From Promethearchaeum sp. (GTDB taxonomy: Archaea > Asgardarchaeota > Lokiarchaeia > Sigyniarchaeales > Promethearchaeaceae), in the NCBI GenBank assembly GCA_030612265.1, contig JAUWOE010000037.1, positions 1-21,848 of the forward strand: 21,848 bases of DNA, given 5' to 3'. The notes beneath the pieces are model-generated. The model did not search any database and was not told the origin of the DNA. It worked only from the letters and a program-made list of their open reading frames with translations. A program made the position numbers and the translations under genes. Every line of letters begins with the position of its first letter. Within the stretch, counting starts at the first letter, position 1. Below are positions 1-9,588 of this stretch, piece by piece.

Positions 1-226
1 AAGTTCCTTAATCTGTTTTATTAATGGTTCAATTTTCATTTTCATTTTCTTACTTTGATCTATGATTAGAAAGTTATTAAAAATAACATTTTGAGTTTTA
101 GAGAAAAATATAAATATCTTTTATAAGCAAAATAGTAAATAGAAAGAAATTTTGTCTAAGTGAAAATAAAATTACTTTGCAAAATTCCTTGAAATTTTAT
201 ATAAATTTAAAAACTTGTGAAAAAAT

Positions 227-517
227 ATGTCAGAACCTGAAGATGGACGGGAATTTGGGAAGGTAAAATGGTTTAGCCCGAGAAGGGGTTATGGATTTAT
301 AATTAGGGAAAATATTCCACCAGATCAAGAAAATCATGAAATCTTCTGTCACTATTCGAGTATAGAGATGAACGGGTTTAAGACGTTACTTCCCGAACTT
401 CGAGTCAGTTTTGAGATAGCGCCTGGAAAAAGGGATGGAACTGTGGAAGCAAAGAATGTGAAAATAGCTCCACCTGTATTCGTGCAAAACGAGAAAGAAC
501 AAGAAGAGTCCGAATAA
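227..517 (+). CDS. Cold-shock-domain (CSD/OB-fold) small nucleic-acid-binding protein, 96 aa
   Basis: The protein contains GKVKWFSPRRGYGFI...EIFCHYSSI...G...L.....VSFEI, matching the CSD RNP1/RNP2-like pattern. ATG at 227. Confidence 0.88.
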   Translation: MSEPEDGREFGKVKWFSPRRGYGFIIRENIPPDQENHEIFCHYSSIEMNGFKTLLPELRVSFEIAPGKRDGTVEAKNVKIAPPVFVQNEKEQEESE

Positions 518-536
518 TTTTTCTTCAATAATTAAT

Positions 537-1610
537 TTAATTTAACATAGAAATTATCGTACTTACAAGCGGAAGTTCATATTGCAAGAAATTATGTCCT
601 CCCGATCGTGAAATAACCCAATTTTTGTATTTCGATCTTAATTTTGCTATATTTCGATTTTCTAAGAACATATTAAAAGAAATGATCTTATCATTCTTTG
701 CATGGATTAAAAATAACTTCTTAGAAATAAAATCAATCCAATCCGCTTCATTTTCAAATTTTTTTCTCAATTTTTTTAATTGCAACATAGGAGAAAGCAC
801 ATAATTCATTTCATCTAAGGGATTCATCATCACACCAAAGAAGGTGTATCTGAGCCATAACCACCAATTTTTCTTGAATGTGATTGGGGATTGAGGGATA
901 TTGTCTCTATAATTGGACATTGCTGCCACAGCTATAATTTTTTCAACCGAATCATCAGTTAATCCTTGTTTTATTGAAGCTAGTGATCCAAGACTAATTC
1001 CAACTAAATAAATTGGTCGCCCGCTCAAATACGAATCTTTTTTCACGTATTCAATAACATCCTTCAGATCATGGGTTATTTCAACGAATTGGTTTGTTTT
1101 TCCTGTTTTTCTTGATTTTCCGGATCCCCTATTATCAAAGGTTAATACATCATATCCAGATAAAGCGATAGGGATTGTAATATGGCGGGTGTAAACGCAA
1201 TCATCGGAAAATCCGTGACTAAATATAACTATAGGAGATTTTGGTAGGGTTCCATTCCAATGTAAAATTTCGCCGTATAATGTAGGATTTTCAGTAATAT
1301 TACGTTCTTTTTTCTTATTTTTGATAATATCTTGATCAAATTTTGGCCAAAGTATAGGAATTCGTATAGGGTCTATTTTTATTTGTAAAGTATCAACCCT
1401 GTACCATCTAAACTGCCAAAAATCTCTCAACTCAAAATATAATGCCCAGCATAACCATGTAAAAATAAAAGTCATTAGGGATAAGTAGACACATCTTCCA
1501 GCAGGGTTTTCAAGAAGATAGAAATTAACATAATATATATATACAGCAAGGATAAAATCGACAATAAATAAAATAATATGCTTGGGACGGATTATAATTA
1601 AATTTTTCAT
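537..1610 (-). CDS. Alpha/beta hydrolase with N-terminal membrane segment, 357 aa
   Basis: FSHGFSDDCVYTR, GSGKS and the nucleophile elbow GISLGS (G-x-S-x-G), plus late D and H (HAKNDKIISF, SGGHNFL). N-terminal hydrophobic stretches. Overlaps the upstream gene by 4 nt (ATGA). Confidence 0.8.
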   Translation of the reverse strand: MKNLIIIRPKHIILFIVDFILAVYIYYVNFYLLENPAGRCVYLSLMTFIFTWLCWALYFELRDFWQFRWYRVDTLQIKIDPIRIPILWPKFDQDIIKNKKKERNITENPTLYGEILHWNGTLPKSPIVIFSHGFSDDCVYTRHITIPIALSGYDVLTFDNRGSGKSRKTGKTNQFVEITHDLKDVIEYVKKDSYLSGRPIYLVGISLGSLASIKQGLTDDSVEKIIAVAAMSNYRDNIPQSPITFKKNWWLWLRYTFFGVMMNPLDEMNYVLSPMLQLKKLRKKFENEADWIDFISKKLFLIHAKNDKIISFNMFLENRNIAKLRSKYKNWVISRSGGHNFLQYELPLVSTIISMLN

Positions 1611-4105
1611 AAATTCATCAATTCTCCAAATTCTGTAAATATATTTTTCTTATTACAAGGACTATTTAATAAGTTTCGAATTTTTTCTTCGGTTTCTATT
1701 GATATTTTTTTCCCTCCCCGAACGGAGGGTTCAAAATTTTGAATGTAATTTACCATATCATCGGGGAGACCATATATTTTACCCAAAATTATATCGCAAA
1801 TATCTATAATGTCCTTCATTTCTGAAGTTTTAAACCTGCGATGCTCCTTATCATAAAAATGAGAGAGTGATTTCATTAAAAGTGAAGAAAAATCTTTAAG
1901 AATTTCATAAAATTTCTCTAATTTATTTTGCAGGTCTTGTGGAAGGGGAAAAGCTTTCATTATATCGGAATTCATATGGCGTCCATCACTGTAAATTCTG
2001 AACCAAACATAATAAAGTGAACTGTTAATTAGAATTAAGAGAAAGTACTTTAAGCCTTTAACATTTCTTGATATTTCTAATAACGCAATCTGAGACCCAT
2101 AATAAGGTGGTATATCCCAAGCATTATACCAGTAATTTCCCGATATTCTAATTGAAATTAAATTTTCTTTTCTCTTCCCTTCTTTCTCAAATTTAACTAC
2201 TTTATTTCTATACTCATCCGAATTTCGAATAATAATGAAAGAATTTAAAAAATCACCTAAAATTAGCAAATTTTTATTGGAATTTAGTTGATATTGCGTT
2301 GAGAAAAATTCTAAAAATTCTACTAACCTTTTTTCACCTATCTTGGGAAGTCTATGCTTTTCATTAAAGGAAACTCCAATTTTTTTTCCAAGTAAGAATC
2401 GGTTTGCAGGTTCATAATTAAGATTTCGAAGATCTGGCATTTTCCGAAACATATTTGTTGTCAAAATATCTGGAAATTGATTTTTTTTTAAATTGTTTGA
2501 GGAAATCTTATTTATACATTGAATAATCGAAACAGATTGTGTCATATTTGTAAAAAATCGGCATTTGTCTCTGTCAAAGGTCGCGATTTTACTTATTTTA
2601 TATGAATTAGCAATTTTTTTGCGCGTGTTAGAAAGATCTTTACTAAAACATATTGCATAACTTGTTAAAAAGGCAATAATACCACCGTTTCGATTTAGAT
2701 CGATTGCACGTTCAATGAAAACTGCCGATATTTCATTCAAGAACGAATAAAATGTATCGATTTTTTTTTTTTCGGAATTGGAAAGTAAGTTTCCGTACGG
2801 AGGGTTTCCTAAGATTATATCAAATCCACGATTATGCGAATTACTTGGAAAAATATCTGGAAATTCAACATTCCAATGAAAAGGTTTAACTATGCTATTC
2901 TCATTTATTTCCTGGTTATTAATTTCACCCGAATTACTAAAACCTATTAAAGAATTACCTGTAAGAATATTTAAACGCAAAAACTTCGGGTGTAAAAAAC
3001 TTGAAAATGAGAAATCCCATGAATCTATATACTTTAGTAGGAGTCTAATTTTTGTGATAATTACAGCGCGTGGATTAATATCTACTCCATAAATTACTGT
3101 CGAAAATAAAAGTTTCTTTAGAAAAACAATTAAATCTTTAAATTTTTCAAAAGAGTTTAAATCTTTTTTCTCGATAGAAACATTTATAAATAATACATTT
3201 TTAATTTGATATTTTCTCGATGCCACCCATATATACTTATACACTTTAATTATTAAATCGGTGATACTGGCTAAAAAATGCCCAGATCCTACAGCTGGAT
3301 CTAAAATTTTTATATTACTAATCTTTGCAAATATTTCCTGAATTTTAATATTTTTAAGCTCTAAATCATACTGATCTAGATCAGAATTAAAATAATTCTC
3401 GCAATTTATCCAAAATGGAATGTCTAATTTATCTGGAAAAAATTTCCCATTTAAAACAGATTCAGCAATGAAATCACATATATAATCAGGAGTATAATAA
3501 GCACCAGTTGATTTTTTAGTATCATCTGATAATATTTTCTCAAATAGTGCTCCAATGGTAAAATCATCTATTTGACCCCCTACTTTTTCCTGTATGATGA
3601 ACATATTAAATATTGGAAGAGAATTTATCATGGATTCAGGAATCTTTTTCGTTGCTTTGATTTTTTCAAGTAATTCATTATTAAAATCTTGAAAATAAGC
3701 TTCATTTGGTAATAATTCTTGATAAAAAGCATCCCAAAGAAAACCATGGTTATCCTTAATAAAGTGATCCCCGAGAATAATGAGTTCTTCTTTGATGATA
3801 TTATTGGATTTTACTATTGAATCCTTAGAAATAGATGGAAATATATTATTGAAAAATCGTGTTAGAAATTTAGAATAAGACCAGTGATTTTGGGATGAAT
3901 TTAGTTGCTTAAAATTATTTAGAAAATATTCAGAATCTTTATTGAAACAACCCTTTCTTTGTATATACCAGAGAGCAGTCATTAAGAGGACGAATCTATT
4001 TATTTTTTCTCTGTTGATCTCTGATTTGCTGACACTTTGTATATATTCACAAGATTTTTTAAAAAGATGAAAAAAAGAATCAATTCTTTTATTCTGGATG
4101 CTCAA
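1607..4105 (-). CDS. N6-adenine DNA methyltransferase-like protein (Eco57I/type IIG-like or PglX-like large class), 832 aa
   Basis: AdoMet motif ILDPAVGSGHFLASI, catalytic motif DIILGNPPYGN, preceding GAYYTPDYICDFI, and an N-terminal helical segment INRFVLLMTALWYIQRKGCF. TTG start that overlaps the upstream gene. The exact start is uncertain. Confidence 0.85.
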   Translation of the reverse strand: MSIQNKRIDSFFHLFKKSCEYIQSVSKSEINREKINRFVLLMTALWYIQRKGCFNKDSEYFLNNFKQLNSSQNHWSYSKFLTRFFNNIFPSISKDSIVKSNNIIKEELIILGDHFIKDNHGFLWDAFYQELLPNEAYFQDFNNELLEKIKATKKIPESMINSLPIFNMFIIQEKVGGQIDDFTIGALFEKILSDDTKKSTGAYYTPDYICDFIAESVLNGKFFPDKLDIPFWINCENYFNSDLDQYDLELKNIKIQEIFAKISNIKILDPAVGSGHFLASITDLIIKVYKYIWVASRKYQIKNVLFINVSIEKKDLNSFEKFKDLIVFLKKLLFSTVIYGVDINPRAVIITKIRLLLKYIDSWDFSFSSFLHPKFLRLNILTGNSLIGFSNSGEINNQEINENSIVKPFHWNVEFPDIFPSNSHNRGFDIILGNPPYGNLLSNSEKKKIDTFYSFLNEISAVFIERAIDLNRNGGIIAFLTSYAICFSKDLSNTRKKIANSYKISKIATFDRDKCRFFTNMTQSVSIIQCINKISSNNLKKNQFPDILTTNMFRKMPDLRNLNYEPANRFLLGKKIGVSFNEKHRLPKIGEKRLVEFLEFFSTQYQLNSNKNLLILGDFLNSFIIIRNSDEYRNKVVKFEKEGKRKENLISIRISGNYWYNAWDIPPYYGSQIALLEISRNVKGLKYFLLILINSSLYYVWFRIYSDGRHMNSDIMKAFPLPQDLQNKLEKFYEILKDFSSLLMKSLSHFYDKEHRRFKTSEMKDIIDICDIILGKIYGLPDDMVNYIQNFEPSVRGGKKISIETEEKIRNLLNSPCNKKNIFTEFGELMNL

Positions 4106-4946
4106 TTTCTTTCAATTCAACAGCATTTTTGTCTTGAAGAATAGTCGGTCGTGATTTTTGTCTTATCACTTCTACATCTATTTCCTCTTTTTCAACAATT
4201 TCAGAGTATTTAAAGATAGCAATAACAGAGATTAAGGACGAGACAAATGCTCCAATATTTCCCAAAAAGATCCAAAGCCAGAATAAAATGATCTCAAATC
4301 TTTGAATTAAATTGCTTGATTCTACCGATCCAGATTGGAATTCAAATAATAATACTCCTTGGTTAACATATAAAACTAATCCAAGAGTTATTATAGTGCT
4401 TGCCGCCGAACACACCACAAGATAAACCTTTTTTGACCAAATATTACAAGTTAATTGCGCACAATTAATACCAAACGCTATCCAACTAATCAGAATTAAT
4501 CTGTCTATATAACTTGTAAATTGAGAAGCTGAAACGCTGTATAATATGACTTCAGGCTTATCCCATCCAAAAATTGATAATCCTAAAATGGGAATTAAAA
4601 TACTCAAGATTAAACTACCTATTCCAAAAATTACTGAGATTTGCATAGGTAAAGTTCTTTCAACCTTAACGATCATTTCGTTCCCAATCATCATTTCATC
4701 AATTCGAGCCTGAACCTTAAGCGGAACAACATCTTCTAAAATAACAAATTCATACATTTTAAATTTATTAATAATTTTAGATGCAAGATCGATACCAATT
4801 TTGATTTCTCGCTCTTTAGACTTAGTTCCTGAATAAAAGAATACCTTTTTTTCTTCATTATCTATCAATAATGCAATATCATGGGGGTAAAGAGATTCTG
4901 ACTCAATAAAATCCATTTTAGTGAGATCTAATATATATAAAAACAT
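4089..4946 (-). CDS. Membrane protein with N-terminal gelsolin-like domain and about four C-terminal TM helices, 285 aa (possible true start at Met11, position 4916)
   Basis: N-terminal YPHDIALLIDNEEKKVFFYSGTKSKEREIKIGIDLASKII resembles the gelsolin repeat pattern 'DvfiLD...ifvWvGk.as..Ek..A...A'. It is followed by hydrophobic segments such as ISVIFGIGSLILSILIPILGL and LFWLWIFLGNIGAFVSSLISVIAI. The TM part is clear; the gelsolin call is an inference. Confidence 0.6.
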   Translation of the reverse strand: MFLYILDLTKMDFIESESLYPHDIALLIDNEEKKVFFYSGTKSKEREIKIGIDLASKIINKFKMYEFVILEDVVPLKVQARIDEMMIGNEMIVKVERTLPMQISVIFGIGSLILSILIPILGLSIFGWDKPEVILYSVSASQFTSYIDRLILISWIAFGINCAQLTCNIWSKKVYLVVCSAASTIITLGLVLYVNQGVLLFEFQSGSVESSNLIQRFEIILFWLWIFLGNIGAFVSSLISVIAIFKYSEIVEKEEIDVEVIRQKSRPTILQDKNAVELKEIEHPE

Positions 4947-5006
4947 CTTATAATGAAATTTATTTGTTTCTTTTGAAAAAACTTTCGTTATAGATTATAA
5001 AAATGG

Positions 5007-5019
5007 AAAAAAAAAAAAA
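5007..5019 (-). terminator. Poly-T terminator downstream of the TFB gene
   Basis: A13 on the plus strand (T13 on the minus strand) directly after the TFB stop codon (5025-5027). T-tract terminators are typical of archaea. Confidence 0.5.
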
Positions 5020-5024
5020 TTTTT

Positions 5025-5924
5025 TTAGATATTTAATTTTATTTGCTTTGCCCTTGTTCTAAGCGTTACTTCTGTAATCCGAGCAATCTCTGAAATCTCT
5101 GTTTGAGTTCTTCGTTCTGTTGTCGGTTTGGCCGCAATATAAAGAGCTGCGGCAGCTAATCCTTTGGGATCTTTGCCCATTTTTTTTAAACCATGTCTTA
5201 ATGCAGTTTTTAATATGTCTGCTGCTTTTTGCTGTACTTGAACTGATAAATCCAAATCGTTACCGAATCTATATACAAGTGGTCCTGGTGATATTGGTCT
5301 GTAACGGAGTTTAAGCACAGGCAAAACCATACGTACAACCAATCCCAAGGAGCGATGAACGCTTCGCAATGGAAGTAAAGCGACGTCGACCACTTCCTCT
5401 AAAAGTCTTGGAAAATCATGAATTCTGATTGCTGCGTACATAGATGCTGTGACGAATGAATCTATGCTTCTTCCCATGGTCAATTTTTGTTTAGCTACCT
5501 CTGAGTAAATCTTCCATGCAGTTTCAAGAATGTAGTCTGGTATATTTAATTTTTGAGCCAACTGGTTAATCTTTGGTCTTGCTTCCCAGAAGTTTCGCTC
5601 GAGTGAATTTACAAGAGAACCTTGGATTTTGGAAAGGCGGTTGAACATTGCTTGCTTTTTACCTTGAAGCGATACACCCTTTGCATCAGGTGTATTTGTG
5701 CCGATTACAGTTCTGGGGCCGAAATTTCGCCATCGTGGTTCGGTTCTTTTACGATTCTTAACTTCATCTGCAGTATAAGCACGTTTTTCAGTCGCAACGA
5801 AAGATCTTCCTAATACCATTCCGCAATTGTGGCAAACTCTCATCCCATCGTCGTTATGAATATCAGGATTGCTACAACAAGGTTCTTCTTTATTATCTTT
5901 TTCGTAAAAATTTGGTATTGCCAT
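5025..5924 (-). CDS. tfb: Transcription initiation factor IIB (TFB), 299 aa
   Basis: N-terminal zinc ribbon (CC...DDGMRVCHNCGMVLG), the B-reader/linker region RRWRNFGPRT-like (EPRWRNFG), and two cyclin repeats ending in GKDPKGLAAAALYIAA...TQTEISEIARITEVTLRTR. Confidence 0.95.
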   Translation of the reverse strand: MAIPNFYEKDNKEEPCCSNPDIHNDDGMRVCHNCGMVLGRSFVATEKRAYTADEVKNRKRTEPRWRNFGPRTVIGTNTPDAKGVSLQGKKQAMFNRLSKIQGSLVNSLERNFWEARPKINQLAQKLNIPDYILETAWKIYSEVAKQKLTMGRSIDSFVTASMYAAIRIHDFPRLLEEVVDVALLPLRSVHRSLGLVVRMVLPVLKLRYRPISPGPLVYRFGNDLDLSVQVQQKAADILKTALRHGLKKMGKDPKGLAAAALYIAAKPTTERRTQTEISEIARITEVTLRTRAKQIKLNI

Positions 5925-6242
5925 ATTAATTTCAACTATTTTAGTGGCTCTATTTTTTTTGGAACAATCAAAGGAAATTTTTCCCTCAAAATGCCCATTT
6001 TATGTTTAGAGGACGTGTTCTACATAAGTATTTTACAATCCATTACTTATAATTTATTTCTATAATCTTTCCGAACTTTTCTAGGAAAAATTTTAATAGA
6101 ATATTAGCTTTTGGTAATGAAAACTTCTTAAAATTAATGAAAAAAATTGGAAAGATTCCCCTTTTTGGAATACTTTATCTAAAAAAGGAAAAAAAGATTT
6201 TAAGCGATTTAGAAAAATTGCAAAACTCTTACAAAGTTTTCT

Positions 6243-7709
6243 TTATCCTTTCGTTACTCCGATTGGAACTAGCTTTGCAACTTTCTTTATAATGCCCAAA
6301 TCGTGTGAGACTCCAACTACTTCATCAATATTCTTATATGCTAGAGGAGCTTCTTCCGCTAAAATTTTCAGAGAAGCTGCTCGAACAACAATTCCTTGTT
6401 TTCCTAATTCTTGCTTTATTGTTTTACCCCAAAATTGACGTTTTGCTTTTGAGCGACTCATTTCCCTACCTCCTCCGTGGGCAGTGCTTGCAAATGATAA
6501 ATCCATAGCTTTTTCTTTACCGACACAAAGATATGAGGAAGTTCCCATGCTTCCAGGTATTAAGACAGGTTGACCGATATCTTTGTACATATCTGGAACA
6601 TCCCGATGACCAGGAGGAAATGCCCGGGTTGCGCCTTTTCTATGTACGTTAACCATTCCGCGCTCCCCATTTCCAAGATCATGTTCTTCTTGTTTAAGAA
6701 TATTATGAGCCAAACCGTAAATTAACTCCAATTTTGACGGATCGAGGCCTAAAACCGATTGAAAAGTTTCCCTTGCCCAATGCATAATAATATGTCTATT
6801 TGTCCAGGCAAAATTTGCTGCAGCTCGCATCTGAGCTAAATATCTGTCAGCTTCTTTTGTTCCGCTAATGACATACCCTAATTCGCGATCCGGTGCAATA
6901 ATTCCGTTGCGATGCATTAAGTGATCAATTTCTTGTAGAGAATCAGTACAAACTTGATGCCCCATAGCTCGAGAACCTGTGTGGATCATCAAGGTTATTT
7001 GATTTTTCTCGATGCCCATAATCTTCGCAGAGTTTTCATCAAAGATTTCATCGACGCGTTGAATTTCAATGAAATGATTACCTGAACCCAACGATCCGAG
7101 CTGTCTTATACCTCTATCTTTAGCTTTTTTTGAGACTAAAGAACTGTCTGCTCCCTGCGTAAAACCATGATCTTCGCAAAATTTACGATCCTTATCAAAA
7201 CCGAATCCTTTTTCTATTGCCCAATTAATTCCCTCATCTAAGACCTGATTTAAATCAGTTGGAGTAATTCTAAGTTTTCCTTTCGATCCTAAACCGCTTG
7301 GAATATTCTGAAACAATCCTTCGGTTAATTCTGGTAGTAGAGCTGCCACATCATTGTATTCTAAACCTGTTCTTAAAAGCCTAACTCCGCAATTAATATC
7401 ATAGCCAACTCCTCCAGGAGAAATTGCACCTCCATCTAAATCTGTTGCTGCTACACCTCCAATACAGAACCCATATCCTTGATGAGCATCACTCATAGCA
7501 ATTACATGCTTTCTAATTCCAGGTAAACAAGCCACATTTGTTATTTGATCGATGCTCTTATCTTTACTAATTCTTTCCATTAAATATTCATTAGCGTAGA
7601 TTCGCGCGGGCACTTTCATGTAAAATTTAAGGATTTTTTCTTCAACTTTAACTAATTTCATATCTGCTGGAACTTCATAGATATTCTCATCTATTCGTTG
7701 CGTTATCAT
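6243..7709 (-). CDS. rtcB: RNA-splicing ligase RtcB, 488 aa
   Basis: MSDAHQGYGFCIGGVAATDLDGGAISPGGVGYDINCGVRLL, GSGNHF, HTGSRAMGHQVC, MVNVHRKGATRAFPPGH, PGSMGTSSYL, STAHGGGREMSR. No intein-like insertion was seen. Confidence 0.97.
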   Translation of the reverse strand: MITQRIDENIYEVPADMKLVKVEEKILKFYMKVPARIYANEYLMERISKDKSIDQITNVACLPGIRKHVIAMSDAHQGYGFCIGGVAATDLDGGAISPGGVGYDINCGVRLLRTGLEYNDVAALLPELTEGLFQNIPSGLGSKGKLRITPTDLNQVLDEGINWAIEKGFGFDKDRKFCEDHGFTQGADSSLVSKKAKDRGIRQLGSLGSGNHFIEIQRVDEIFDENSAKIMGIEKNQITLMIHTGSRAMGHQVCTDSLQEIDHLMHRNGIIAPDRELGYVISGTKEADRYLAQMRAAANFAWTNRHIIMHWARETFQSVLGLDPSKLELIYGLAHNILKQEEHDLGNGERGMVNVHRKGATRAFPPGHRDVPDMYKDIGQPVLIPGSMGTSSYLCVGKEKAMDLSFASTAHGGGREMSRSKAKRQFWGKTIKQELGKQGIVVRAASLKILAEEAPLAYKNIDEVVGVSHDLGIIKKVAKLVPIGVTKG

Positions 7710-7919
7710 TTTATTAATATCACTCCATTAACTTCCTTTATAATGCTAAAACTGGAAAAATACAAATGCAATTACTTTATTCATGTTATTATTCTGTATT
7801 TTAATCGATCAGTAATCTCCTCATAATTTCCATTTAACAATTGAACATTAAATTGAAGAACGCCTACTAAAAAAAAGTTGAGTTATGAATTTATAACTTG
7901 CTTCATTTAAAACAGTATA

Positions 7920-9413
7920 ATGAATAATATCAATAGTGAAAGTAAAATTGAAGAAAAACCTAAAGAATCATCTTTGGAAGATAAATTAGTAAATAAATTC
8001 AAACATGGGTGGGAGATATTTAACGATGAGCAAAAAAAAAAAACTTTGAAACTCGCGGATGAATATTTAGATTTTTTGAAGAATGCACGAACAGAACGAG
8101 AAAGAACCGCTTGGACAATTAAGATAGCTGAAAAAAACAGGTTTAAAAGAGTAGAAATTGGTAAAAACATAAATATTTTGAAACCTGGTGAGAAAATCTA
8201 TTATGTAAATAGAGAAAAGAATGTTGCTATGGTTGTGATAGGTGAAAAATCAATAATAGAAAAAAATCACCATATCGGATCTCATATTGATACTCCAAGA
8301 CTCGATTTAAAGATGCGTCCATTATATGAAGATGAAAAATCATCTCTAGCGCTTTTTAAAACTCATTATTATGGTGGGATAAAAAAATACCAATGGGCTA
8401 CCATTCCATTACATCTAACCGGTTTAATTGTAAAAAAAGATGGAACTAAAATCCCGATTGACATTGGAAAGAATCCCGATGACCCTGTTTTTACAATTCC
8501 AGATATTTTACCCCATTTATCCAAAAATGTTCAGAATAAAAGAAAAACGCCTGAGGTATTAAAAGGAGAAGAATTAAATATTCTCGCTGGTGCACTTCCA
8601 ATTGATGAAAATAATAAAAATAATAAAGATGCAAAAGGGGCTAAAGAAAAATTCAAAATTAACGTATTAAAGATTTTAAACGAAAAATACGGGATTACTG
8701 AAGCAGATCTTCAATCCGCCGAATTAAATTTGGTTTCTGGCCTTCCTCCAAGATACGTTGGATTGGATAAAAGCATGATAGGGGCTGCTGGTCATGATGA
8801 TGGTGTATGTTCATGGACAGGGATAAGATCTTTGATAGATATCAAAGGAATCCCAAAAAATACAGCTATTATGTCAATTTTTGATAAGGAAGAAATTGGT
8901 AGCAACGGTAATACAGGGGCTCAATCGGCATGGATTCGTTTTGTAATGAATGATATAATGGTTAGAACCGGAATACCTGAAACATTAACTAATCTCCATT
9001 TAACTCTAACAAATACGCTAATGTTATCTGCTGATGTCGGTTCTGCAATAAATCCGAACTTTCCATCAGTCCACGACCCCCTTAATGCTGCCGTATTAGG
9101 AAAAGGGATACTTATTGAGAAATATACAGGAGGAGGAGGTAAATATGGCGCAAGTGATGTTCTTGCAGAGGTAATGGCCTATATCAGAAAAATATTTGAT
9201 GAAAAAACAGTTCCTTATCAAATTGTTGAACTTGGGAAAGTAGATGAAGGCGGAGGTGGAACTATCGCTAAATATTTCGCAGAATCATTTAATTGTGATG
9301 TTGTTGATGCCGGAACACCTGTAATTAACATGCATAGCCCATATGAAATAGTTCATATTGCAGATATATACTCGACGTATTTAGCTTATAAAACATTTTT
9401 TGAAGCGGATTAA
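7920..9413 (+). CDS. M18-family (aspartyl-type) aminopeptidase, 497 aa
   Basis: IGSHIDTPRLDLKMRPL, HYYGGIKKYQWATIPL, AAGHDDGVCSWTGIRSL, IFDKEEIGSNGNTGAQS, SADVGSAINPNFPSVHDP, GGGGTIAKYFA and MHSPYE: the metal-ligand and active-site motifs of M18 metallopeptidases. Confidence 0.92.
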   Translation: MNNINSESKIEEKPKESSLEDKLVNKFKHGWEIFNDEQKKKTLKLADEYLDFLKNARTERERTAWTIKIAEKNRFKRVEIGKNINILKPGEKIYYVNREKNVAMVVIGEKSIIEKNHHIGSHIDTPRLDLKMRPLYEDEKSSLALFKTHYYGGIKKYQWATIPLHLTGLIVKKDGTKIPIDIGKNPDDPVFTIPDILPHLSKNVQNKRKTPEVLKGEELNILAGALPIDENNKNNKDAKGAKEKFKINVLKILNEKYGITEADLQSAELNLVSGLPPRYVGLDKSMIGAAGHDDGVCSWTGIRSLIDIKGIPKNTAIMSIFDKEEIGSNGNTGAQSAWIRFVMNDIMVRTGIPETLTNLHLTLTNTLMLSADVGSAINPNFPSVHDPLNAAVLGKGILIEKYTGGGGKYGASDVLAEVMAYIRKIFDEKTVPYQIVELGKVDEGGGGTIAKYFAESFNCDVVDAGTPVINMHSPYEIVHIADIYSTYLAYKTFFEAD

Positions 9414-9476
9414 TAATATTGGAACACTCCAATATCTTTTTTCCTTTCATTAATAAAATTTATTTTTTTTAAAAAC

Positions 9477-9484
9477 TTATATTA
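9477..9484 (+). promoter_or_regulatory. Candidate TATA box for tRNA-Thr
   Basis: TTATATTA centred about 22 nt upstream of the tRNA 5' end. Inference from position and composition only. Confidence 0.35.
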
Positions 9485-9501
9485 GTAAAAAACTCAAAAA
9501 G

Positions 9502-9574
9502 GCCAGTGTGGCTTAGAGGCTATAGCGCATGATTCGTAATCATGATGCCGCGAGTTCAATTCTCGCCATTGGCT
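9502..9574 (+). tRNA. tRNA-Thr, anticodon CGT
   Basis: Full cloverleaf: acceptor GCCAGTG/CATTGGC, anticodon arm CATGA-TTCGTAA-TCATG, T arm GCGAG-TTCAATT-CTCGC, discriminator T. CCA is not encoded. Confidence 0.95.
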
Positions 9575-9588
9575 TTAAATTTCAAGGG

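Noticed and set aside
2892-3092. 66-aa plus-strand ORF inside the methyltransferase gene
   Set aside because: Antisense to a long gene with clear motifs, with no domain-like sequence of its own.
1607-4105. A complete restriction-modification or BREX locus
   Set aside because: Only a methyltransferase-like protein is visible. No recognizable nuclease, specificity subunit, PglZ, BrxC or helicase is in the window.
5120-6065. Plus-strand ORFs 5120-5314, 5622-5813 and 5829-6065
   Set aside because: Antisense to the TFB gene or its upstream region, with low-complexity hydrophobic translations typical of spurious frames.
6305-6508. 67-aa plus-strand ORF opposite rtcB
   Set aside because: Wholly inside strongly supported RtcB coding sequence.
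7907-8170. 87-aa minus-strand ORF opposite the M18 peptidase start
   Set aside because: Overlaps a well-supported gene; Ser/Phe/Leu-rich antisense artefact.
9529-9588. Track start of the 180-aa ORF inside tRNA-Thr
   Set aside because: The first 20 codons overlap the tRNA and its trailer. The first Met outside the tRNA is at 9589.
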